From Callorhinchus milii (lineage: Eukaryota): DNA of 64,000 nt. This document shows positions 13,501 through 25,500 of the stretch, piece after piece. Every line of letters begins with the position of its first letter. Positions within the stretch are counted from its first letter, which is position 1. The DNA lies in assembly GCF_018977255.1 (NCBI RefSeq), contig NW_024704742.1, positions 98,706,001 to 98,770,000 of the forward strand, written 5' to 3'. Below the pieces are notes generated by a model. It saw only the letters and a list, made by a program, of their open reading frames with translations, did no database searches and had not been told where the DNA came from. A program made the position numbers and the translations under genes.

Positions 13501-16500
13501 TTGATGATAAGTGCCATAGGGTCAATTAATGATTAACAAACACAGCTGTCCATCCATCCCTTGGTATTGGCTCTGTAGCCAAGCATTTGTCACAACTGAG
13601 TGCTGGATGCATTTTCATTCTTTTTAAACAACAGTATTATAAAGTTATTTAATCCTGAAATATTCCATTTTAAATTCATGTCAAGGTTGACTTCTAACTT
13701 GCCTGTTAGAGTTCTACATAATGTAATAATATTATCTATGCATTTGATATTAGAGCTTTCACGACAAATAGTTTACAGGATATACTCCTGTAAGGGTAGT
13801 GACTGTGTATTTTTTAGTGGAATATTCTGTATAGATGGACAAACCAGGCATTATGAATCTTATGCAGCACCTGTGAATTAAACTTCTCTTTAATACTTAT
13901 ATTTCATCTACAGATATTTACCCCAGTACATCTTCTGGTGAAAATATATCCCTACCTTTGAAATACTGGACTTGGAAGAAAACCCCTGTGTCTCCTACTT
14001 CTGGAATTCCTGCTCAATCATGTAAGAGATGCTCATAAAACAGAAAGCCTGAAATTCCCCCTTTGTGAAATTCTATTTGTGTGCAATCATTTTATTTTAA
14101 TTTGTTTTATTTGATTTGTTTTATTTCTTAAAATGTGAAAAATTCTTAAATGCAATCTTAATTTTGGAAGGCAGTTTTTCTGGTGTTCTTAAAAACAATT
14201 TAAAATGGAATATTTCAGGATTAAATATCTTTATTATGCTGCTGTTTAAAGAAAGTGAGACTGCATCAAAATTAAGGTTGAGTTTAATTTTTTTTCAGAA
14301 TTCCATGCAATCTTAAATTTTAAGGCAAAATGGTGTCATCCTGTTTGTTAATCTGTTACTTATTTTGCTTCTGTCATGCTGGTTTCATATATAATCTTGT
14401 TCTTTGGAATCCTTGGATTTATTATGGCACCAATAATACAAAACAATACAAAATTACATTTGTTTAGCACCTTTCACATCGGCAGGATGTCCCAAGGCCC
14501 TGTCGAAGTATGGTGACTGTATTTGTAGGCAAACACAGCAGTGATTTGTGCATAGCGATGTCCCACAGACAGCCATGAAGTGAATGACCACTGGAAGAAA
14601 GTGGCAATTTTGCTCACTGTTCATGGGACATGGTCACCACACACTGAGGAGAGTTTCAACAAAGTTACTGAAACCAGTACAGGTAACCTACTCAAAATTA
14701 CTGCTTGGTGTAATACATTTACGCTATAGGATCTGTGGTAGCTAAGATTCTTGCAGACATTTTATCATACAGCAATAAGAACATTAGAAATGCTCGACGA
14801 AAAAAGACCAAGGTCCATCTAGTTCACCTTCCACCTCCCTGGTAGTCGCATGCACATATGTCCTAAACTACCTATGTACTATATCCCATAATGTTATTTC
14901 CTAATAGAAAGCTATCTAATCTGTGTTTGGAAGAATCAACACTTTCTGCTTCAACCGTCTCCCTAGGGAGCCTGTTTCACAGGTTCACTATTTGCTCACT
15001 GAAATAGTGTTCAGCACATTGGGACTTCCTCCCGTCGTGAAAGGTGCTATTACAAATGTAATTTTGTTGTGTTGTTGTAATGTTTGTGTAGCTTCATTCT
15101 GAATTTACGCCCCTTCAATCTCAGGCCATGTCCTCTGGTTCTACTACTCTGGACAAGTTGAAACAGCCTGACATGATCTATATTGTTTAGCCCCTTTAGA
15201 ATCTTAAAGACAACAATCATGTCACCTCTCAATCTTCTCTTTTCCAGCGTGATCCCTAATATAATATAATACATTACAATGTTAGGTTTTCTGTGGCTCA
15301 TTTTCATTATTATTGTTGATTATCCCGATTAGGTCATAGCCTTAAGCTTCAATGTGTGGGCCTTTTCAGTAGACGTTTGTTGCAGACACCTACAGTACTT
15401 CTTTTGGGATCCCATGGCATTTTCCGAGAACATCTTGTGGGCTATTTGTACTCATGAAAGTGTTTTTATTTGCAGATGGCTGGGAGAGAAACACTTCAGC
15501 ACCAGGTTGTCTGGGAAATGAGCATGTTTCCAGATGTAGAAATATTCCTGAATTTGAAGGCCAAATGACTACTTGCATTGACTTGCCTGGGAGCATACCT
15601 GACCTGAAGGAAGGAACTGATCATTACCCATCATGTGCTCTTAGAAATACTGATATTGATGACATGTCAGGTCAGAGTAAGTTACTATTCCACTGTACCA
15701 CACTTGTGAAGAGAATGTCAAAGTGAAGGATGAGGTATGCCATTGGCACTGGGGCTTCAACAGAATAACAGCTACATTCTGATATAATTAGCTACTATGA
15801 GATGGTAACCAGCAGTCCAACGTGGGCTGGTTTAGGGACAGAGTTCTGGCAAAATTATGGGAGAGGGAGGGTGCGATTACACCCATAGGTTAGTCAGTGC
15901 TTTTAAGATTCTGACTGACCATGTCAGATGTATTTTTCAACCATGTGATAATTATTAGTGACTTAATTATTACCAGTGTCAGCCAACCCATCATGTGCTG
16001 CAATTCTCATCTCAATCTTTATATTGATACATCTCCCCGCCCTCACCAATTTTCTCTTGGCTTCTACCTGGATTATGGTTTGATGGGCAGTAGACGCCAT
16101 CTAGTACCTTATCTAAGTGGTCATTCCTCACACCCAAGCCCAGACTTTAAGATTACCCAAGTTATTCACCACGAATGGCATCATAGCCAACACGGAACCT
16201 ATCCTCACCCAATAGTCATACATCTTGCACTAGATTTTCTTTAAGATCAAATACATGAGGTTTCAGTAACACAAATATATTTAAGGGAGATTCTCTAAAA
16301 AGGACAACTTGGAATAACGCTTGTGTAAAATCCACTTTTATCTTAGTTACACAAGTAACTCCTCCTAAACAATCCTTCATGGAGAGACTCAGCGAAAGCA
16401 TAAAAAAGATTTCACCCTTCAAACAACTAACTGCACAAGACAGGAACATCACTGCTTCAGATGGAGGTATGTAAATAGAGGACATTCTCTTCACATAGTT

Positions 16501-19500
16501 TGAAACTGTTGAAGTGTTTCAGCTGTCAATCATAAAGGAGAATTGGGCAGCGGCTTATATACAAGATTGGTTTGAATGAAGAAGGCCCTTTGGCCCTCCT
16601 GATTTTATCTTTCCAGAAAGCCTTCCCGACTGTTGTAGCATCAAGCTGCTTTTTAAATGATTCCAGTGTCCTGGCTTCGTCTACGCGCTCTGCCAAACTG
16701 TTCCAGTTAGTTGCCTTCTGAGTAAAGAAAAACTTCCTGATATCTGTCCTGAAATTGCCTTTTGGAACTATTGGAAAGTATTGTTCTGGGTTTACATTTT
16801 CAATCTCTTTTAAAATGTTATAAACTCTATGAAGTCCCCTCTGAGTCGTCTTCTCTCAAGACTGAATAGCCCCACCCAGATTATCTAATCGTTGTTCATA
16901 GCTCATTCATCTAACACTGGGGATCATATGGTCATTTTTTTTATATAGTCACAGTGAAACCTTTCCCTCTTACTTGTCCTGACATATTAAATAGTTCTCT
17001 GCTTAGCACACTTTCCAGTCTAGATTTTCTCCATGGTACAATGAAACCACTTTAGCTTTAAATGATTCATTCAGGCGTACGTAAAATATTTATAAAACAT
17101 TTCAAGTGTGTGCATGAATGTTTCAAATTACCTTTGTACCTTTTAGTTTTAATGATACATTTAATTCCGAAATAATCACTACGATCAAGACATAAAAGGG
17201 ACATAAATTCTCTGTCTGTTGGTAAATTCACTGACTTTGTTGGTGTGCACTTACAATGGGAAAATGCTACATTATTCGCATCAGAAAAAGATCTGTTCTT
17301 TTGTTGTCACTGTAAACCTCACTATCAAAAACTTGCATTTACCATGTAAACGCCTCTTTTTAGAACACTGTTAACTTTAGTGTTAATAGTAAAACACCGC
17401 AACGAAAACGCCAAATGGAATATACAGCGGAGCAATACTAGATCAGGCATATTTATAGGTTGATAGGTGTCACAGCTCAGTAAACTTTCAAAGTCGAGCT
17501 AAGTATTCCCCAAACCAACACTCAGTATGCTGGGATCTGCACAGAGGCAAGATCAAAGGTGCAGTTGTCCCTCTGAATGGCTACCCCAACCTGCTTTGGG
17601 TGAAACTATTTGAAAAAGAAGACTGGAGTTGTTCCTCTTGTGGCAGCCATTGACTGGGATACCTTCAGGAATATCACAGCACATATGGCATTTTCACTCC
17701 CCCAAGTCTTCCAAAGTCTAAATAATAGGTAATACATTGGATATTGCCACATCCTGTAACATATACAAATGGTGCTTCCTGTACTCATTGTATTCATGTG
17801 ACCTTTGTGTCCAATCTTGTTTCATTTTTTACACACCAAAGTCATCATCAATCAGCGGTGTCCATTGAGGAAGGTTCAGAGATGTCCTGGGGGGACTTTG
17901 GACGATGAGGCACAGATTTACATCCCATATGAATGCGCCAGATTTTACATCGCTAAGGTAACTGAAGATTGGAAATCCTCAATTATTTTTGCTCTGTTCT
18001 ATTTCTCATTATTAAGTGCTCATTGTTTTTAAAGTAAAATCTCAATAGATTTCTAAAGTTGCAAATGGTCCTAACTGAAGAAACATTTTTGCTTGGAACC
18101 TCAGTTTTCAAAAGGCTGATTTTCCAGCCCATTGAAAGATCCAGATGTAGATTATTGACAAACTCCTATCAAAGCAGAGAGAGAATGTCTATATTAATCA
18201 GTGGCCTTACCTTGCAGTCTCACAGCACCTGAACTTGTCCACATCTGTGAAAGGGTTAAATTATTGCCAGTGAGAAATTCAAATACTTAATTCAAGATCT
18301 TAATTCAAGACTAAAATACAATATTGGCAGGGATGGTGTGGTTTTTTTGCAGGTAAAGACAAATGTCGTCAGTCACCTAATGGAATCAGACAGCTTTAAA
18401 AGCAGATAGCAACTGACTCGGATGGAACAAAGGTATATATAGACTGAGAAAAAATAGTAATGCAAGAAGTTCCAGATTACTGCAGACTTGTTTCAAACTA
18501 GTTGTACCTGTTGCAGCTTCGCTTGCAACCAAGGATCCAACATGGAATGTAGATTTCAATGATACCACTCACAAACCATTTCAAATGCCATAAACACTAT
18601 GTGTGCACCTTAAGCAAAACTGCTATACATGTGTGATGAGCTTGTTTGGATCATAGCTCATGAACGATAGAATATTTTATCAAAGCTACGCTAACCGAAG
18701 GGGTTTATTGTGTGATCCAGCAGGTTCTCGAGTTATTGCAATGCAGCCGTGCTGTTCTTTATTCTTCAGTTTCATTTAATCGGCCTTCTTTCTATTGTCT
18801 GGCATTTTTATCTGTACGTGAAAGGCTTGATGTTTGCTTTGGCATCTTTATCTTGTTCCCACCTCTTGGCTTCGTCTGAGTGCATGTATGCTGCATGTGT
18901 GTATACGTACGTGCTCTGTGGCGCATGATGCCGCAGCACCACTGGAAGTTGGTGCGGCCTCTGGGTGTAACTGTGTCGTAAAACGGAAACTACCATATAT
19001 GTATGATGAGCTTGTTTAGGTCATAAATCATCAATGATAAGAGATCGCCGAAGAACAATATGCCCATAACACTCCCAAATGCAAGACCTTTCCGGTGAGG
19101 TATAAATCGTGTCTCTATGTCAATCGGTTATTGAGAACTTGGCTGACACATTGTCATTTTATTAGTTTAGATAGATACAAGAAGATAGAAGATAGTATAG
19201 AAGAAGACAGGTGGATCGAGTGGTGGCAGACTGCATGCCCAGCAGTGAGAAAAATCAAAGAAGTAATGACCAGAATTGAAATGCCAAGGGTAGTGGTACT
19301 CGATAATGGTTCAGTTCAGAAAAGTTTGAAACATTCAAAAAAGGGCATTTGTTTCAGACACATGTCATCCCCAAATTATCCACAGGGGAATGGATGTATG
19401 ATAATAATAATCCTTGCATTTAATATACAACAACAACAACAACAAGATTCCATTTATAAAGCGCCTTTCACGTCAGGAGGACGTCCCAAGGCGCTGCACA

Positions 19501-22500
19501 GTTGGGTCATGACCCGAGCAGGGGGGAAATGGTCAGGGGAGGGGAGGGAGCGAGGAGGGGGAAATGGTCAGGGTGAGGGGAGGGAAGGGAGGGAGCGAGG
19601 AGGGGGAAGAGAGTCAAGAGGGGAGCTGAAGGCTCGGTCAAAGAGAAAGGTTTTGAGACCGGCCTTGAAGGAGGAAAGGGAGGAAGCAAGGCGAAGGCAC
19701 TGGGGGATGGAGTTCCAGAGCCTGGGGGCTGAGAGGCTGAAGGCCCGACCACCGATGGTAGGGCGGTTGGGGCGGGGGACGTGGAGCAGACCGGAGCCAG
19801 AGGAACGGAGGGTACGGGCAGGTAGGTAGGGGGATAGTAGGTTGGAGAGGTAGGAGGGAGCAAGGCCGTGAATGGCCTTGTAGGTGAGGATGAGGATCTT
19901 GAAATCAATCCTCTGGGAATGGGGAGCCAGTGGAGGCGAGCGAGGGTTGGAGTGATGTGGTCCCGAAGCCTGGTGCGGGACAGTACACGAGCTGCAGAGT
20001 TCTGAATGACCTGCAGCTTGTGGAGGGAGGTGGCGGGAAGGCCGGCGAGGAGAGAGTTCCCATAGTCCTTATAGTGCCTTATCATGTCTTCAAAGCAATT
20101 CACAGAATGTATTGTACAGTGCATTAACTGTATATTTTTGTGGGCAAAACTCTGCATTCAATTGTGCACAACAATATCCCACAAACAGTCGTGGATGAAT
20201 GACCAAATTATTATTTATTTTTGAAGGAATTATTACCACTGGAAAGCCAATCCGCCAAGTGACTAACAACCGGGTTCCTATTTATTGCTAGGTAAACAGA
20301 TGCATGAGGAGTAAGGAAACTTGCCCAATGTTTCACGCTGCCCAGGAATTGAACCCAGGTCTCTCATTTGCGAAGCGAGTGCTCTAAGCACTACACTACA
20401 GGACTCCATACTGTAGCATGGGGGAGCGAGTATCAGCACATGAATGGCAAAGACAGCCAATGATGAAAGAAACAAAGGAAGATGGAGAAGAGCTCCAAAT
20501 TGTGGGGCATTGCTGTGCACAATGGGTTGCTGTGGTTTGCCCACAAAATATACAATTTACTTTACGGTATAGTGCAAAACGTGCAAATGCCCTTGAACCG
20601 ATCCTTGGCGTCAAGGCAACTCACACAACCCCATTCTAATTCCAGGCCTCAAAGCACCAAAAGGCAATGCAGTATCTGTTTCTTCGCGGCTTCATGATCA
20701 GTCCATTGGATCAACGTCTGAATCAAGTCCATACTTGATCTCAATTAATCTTAGACAAAAGGTTGAGAAACATTCTGTGTGGCTTGGTGCAAAGCCCTTA
20801 CTCATCAGGCCATCAAGGGAACTTCCTACATCTAACAAGCTAAACAGTGTATGAAGATCAATGTTCATATTTTAATTATAGTGATTAGTAATCTTGTTAT
20901 ACAATACAATTTACATCGACAATGGCACCTCTCATGTTAGGAAGATGACACAAAGTGCTTGACGATGTTGGATCAACACTGAGCTGGGAGTGGTTATAAC
21001 AGCAGTGCTGTTCCATTCCTCTACATTGGAAGTAAATGGAGCCATTTGTGTCTAACACAAATACTCCACCTCCCGTAGGTATGGAGAATCAATCAGTGGC
21101 TCCATTATTAGGAACCTCGTGGTGGTCTGCCCTCCAGTGTGGCCCCTTCATGGCTTTTTGACTTTGCATCGGGATCGTAATTCAGATCCTCATTCTCACC
21201 TACAAGGCCATTCACGGCCTTGCTCCCTCCTACCTCTCCGACCTACTATCCCCCTACCTACCCGCCTGTACCCTCCGTTCCTCTGGCTCCGGTCTGCTCC
21301 ACATCCCCCGCCCCAACTGCCCTACCATCGGTGGCCGGGCCTTCAGCCTCTCAGCCCCTAGGCTCTGGAACTTTATCCCTCAGTGCCCTCGCCTTGCCTT
21401 CTCCCTTTCCTCCTTCAAGGCCGGTCTCAAGACCTTTCTCTTTGACCGTGCCTTCAGCTCCCCTCTCGACTCTCTACCCCCTCCTCACTCCCTCCCTTCC
21501 CTCCCCTCACCCTGACCATTTCCCCCCTGCTCGGGTCCTGACCCAACTGTCCAGCGCCTTGGGACGTCCTCCCGACATGAAAGGCGCTCTATAAATAGAA
21601 TCTTGTTGTTGTTGTTGTGTCATGTGTTGTGTGTGGCACAGGAACATGTGGTCGCTCGTCGTGCAGTGTGACTGAGTAGATGGCTTGGAGATTCTCCACT
21701 AGTGCGCATTATCTAAAGCACTGCGCTGGTTAATCTTGTGAGATAGAGCGTAAAAGTGAGATTTATTCCCACTGGTTGGTGAATCAACAACAAGTGCGCA
21801 TAAATTCAAGGTTATTATTAGAATGAAAAAAGGACAGGTGGAAGATTTTGGATTAGTTATTAAAATGTGGAGCACATTACCATAGTACTTAAGACTATTG
21901 TGACTTAAAAGGAAATTGGATAAGCATTTGAAAAATAAAGATATGTCCAGGATGAGGAAAAGGACAATGAATTGGAGTTAATGGCTTCAATGTGGAGCTA
22001 GTATATACAGGATTAATGCATTGGAAAGAGCTCCTTCTGAGCTTCTTACAGAACAATGATTTTTTTTACTACAAATGTTACTTCTGTTATAATAATAATC
22101 CTTGCATTTGATATAGCCCCTTCATGTCTTCAGGATGTCTCAAAGCGCTTCACAGAATATACTATAAAGTGAATTGACTGTATATTTTGTGGGCAATATA
22201 ATATTCTGTGTGCTGCTATTGTGTTAGGAGTGCACACATATTTTCATGAATTATTGTGTGCTTTTTCCCAGGTAGCGGTGGATATGCAGCAGATGAAAGA
22301 GAAACAAGATAAAATGATCTGTGACATTGAAAAACATTTACAGAGCTCAGGAAAGGAAAATGAGGTACTCGGATACAGAAAAAGTACAGCGAATAGAAAC
22401 AGTTCATTATTCCACCTGGAGCACCCAGAAATGGCAAATTCTTAAATACAGCCATAATTTTGAAGCTGTTTCTCTGTAAATTATTTTCAAGAATTAATTG

Positions 22501-25500
22501 TTGAATTTGACAATTTGCCCAAATCTGGTGGTTCTAAAATACTGTTAATAGAATAAAAAACACAAAATTACATTTGTATAGTGCTGTTCACATTGGGAGG
22601 ATGTCCCAATGCACAAATAGATCATATCTAAATCCAGGTGTGATTTTTAGTAGTAATCATCTACACCTTAACAACAGCATGCACTTACATTGTGCCCTTC
22701 AAACAGGGATGTGTCTCGGAGCACTAAGGCCGTGATTGTGTTATGCAATTTGCAACAAGTTTATTCTTGCTTTCGCCGATACTATTGATGTCTTCATTGG
22801 GATAGTGCTGCAACCATTTGCCTTACAAGTGAGACACCTGGGTTCAATTCCAGGCAGGGCGAAACCTTGGGCAAGTTTCCTTACTCCACACGCCTAATAA
22901 TAATCATTCCAAAACAAAACAATAATAAATTGATCATTTTCAATCCACGACTGTTTGTGGGACACTACTGTGCACAATTGGTTGCTGCGTTTTGCCCACA
23001 AATATACAGTCAATTCACTTTACAGCATATTCTGTGAAGAGCTTTGAGACATCTAGAAGATGCGAAAAGCGCTATATCAAATGCAAGGATTATTATTATT
23101 ATAATACCTATTCTGTAATATGTACAGATACCATAGAATATAATTCACATTTATATTTCATGCTTGGAGATGTAAAATAGTCAAAATACATGTAGAAGTT
23201 GAAGAAATTACAGGCAAATGGGACGTCCTCCCGATTATATTTCATGCTTGGAGATGTAAAATAGTCGAAATACATGTAGAAGTTGAAGAAATTACAGGCA
23301 AATGGGACGTCCTCCCGACGTGAACGGCGCTATACAAATGTAATTGTTGTTGTTTGTTGAATGACTTTTACAAAATATTTTACTTTAGCTGGCTGTTCAG
23401 GAAGTAAAGGTAAAAAGTTTGAAGAAGCAACACAGTGACAAACTGAATAGTTTGAAAGATGCATTGAAAGCATATCAGGCACATATAAAGAAGAACAACA
23501 CCTACTGGGAAGAAATGATAGAGGTAAGAGGAATTCGGTTTTATGTCCTATTTAATCTCTCAATTGCAGCAATAGTTAAGGTACCACAATCAGAGTCAGC
23601 ACCCCCAGGTTAGGGAGGAGTAAATCAGCCAAGATTCCCATTATGATCCCTATTAAAAGGTGTCATATGTGGACTTTGGCGAGGACAGGATTAGGCTTGT
23701 TCAACATTTGTATCAAGATCTCTTCAGTGTTTTCAGTTACTTTTTTTTGGATATTTATGTTAATTTCTGCAAAGGTTAAGATAAGAGCAATGTTATTGCA
23801 TCCATTTGTAACTATTTTATATTATAATATAATATGAATAATATTATAAATTATAATAGAATGTTATTGCACCTATTTGTAACTCAATCCATGACCTGTG
23901 GGACACTGCTATGTGCAATTGGCTGCATGTAAATGAAATTTTACCTTCTCTTTCTCCCACTTTTCATATTTATTTTTATTTTGGATGAGGAGAGCAGTTT
24001 TCTCACAAAATAATAATAATCCTTGCATTTGACATAGCACCTTATCATGTCTTCGAGACGTCTTTTTATAAAAATCACAATCACTACACTTTACAGTATA
24101 TTCTGTGAAGCTCTTTGAGACGTCTCAAAGATGTTATAAGGCGCTGTATCAAATGCAAGGGTTATTATTATTATTATTATAATATGTACCTTGTTGACTG
24201 CACTTTTGATCATCTTTACTTTTAGTCTTCTTTCCCTCTGGCTTCCACCCCCAGCTCAGGTGCCCAGCCAGCAGCGTCAAACATTTTGAGATGTCTTCCC
24301 AATGTAAAAGGCAGTGTGTGAATGTAAATTGTATTGTACAGATGGGTAACAAGTGGCTTTAAATTATTCCTGTATTAATGTTTTTTTCTGATCAATAATT
24401 ATAGCATTTAAAGAAGGAAAATAACCAGCTGATCCAAGAGAAAACTGCTCTCCTCACCCAAAATAAAAATGAATATGAGCAGTGGGAGAAAGAGAAGGTA
24501 AAATTTCATTTACATGTAATTGCCAGAAAATGTATATCTGTTTGAATCCCAAAATATCATTGCAAATAAGTCCTTAAACATGCATAAGCATTTAAATGTA
24601 AAGTAAAAATCAAAACAAACTGCTTCTCCATTATCTAAGCAGAGTGTTCCAACCTTTTGGCTGCTGAGGGCTGGCTGCCCTATTTGTGAAATGTCACAGA
24701 CCGCATATTCTCGTGTTTCCCTCCCAGAAACATAAAATAACATGTACGGGTTATGGAGTGAGCGGTGGGCCAGGTGGAATGGAGAGGAGGAGGGAGGTGG
24801 AATTGGCTTGTGACCCACAAGTTGGACCACCCTGATCTAAATTAATATTTATTTAGAAATGTTCTTCAAGACAAGAAATATCAGTTCTGGGAAACGCAGT
24901 AGTTTTTTATTTAATCAGCTAGAAATAGGAGTGGAGTAGGAGTGAGGCCTCTGATGCCACATTGTCTTATATGAAGAAGTACTAAAGCCACAGAAGGCAA
25001 TATAACTGATAGTTATGGAAAGTTGACCATTCTGCTGAAGCCAGTTGATAATTGCCAACCGATTTGATCGTAATTTTGGTGACGTGATTAATAATAATTA
25101 ATCTTCATTTCCTTTTGGTCAGCTGGGTATCTGACACATATGGAATCCCATCACCTTCAATAATAGTATCTAAACCAGACTGAGAGGTCCACATATGCCA
25201 CCTCCACCTGGTCTGGAATGGAACACACTCTCTCACTGAAGGGTGACAACCTGTTTACCTAATCCCTGAGAGCATTAGGCACAGGTTGGCAAGAGCCAAG
25301 GCTTGGGGACTCGAGAGTGTGCATTGAAAAAACTGTCTAGCAAGTTTCCTGCTGATTGACCAGCTAGGACCATCATTAGGGCTTTGATTTGTTACCAGGA
25401 GCTTAGTAGGAAGAATCCCTTCTCAGTCTGCCCCTCCAACTCCTGCCAATGAGCCAGGCTGTCTAATCTGTCATCAGCTGTGCCATGGAGTACCACAGGC

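Noticed and set aside
19095..20157. Longest ORFs (244 aa + and 216 aa -)
   Set aside because: Chimeric read-through of a Gypsy relic, SINE tail and GC-rich L2 end; not host genes.
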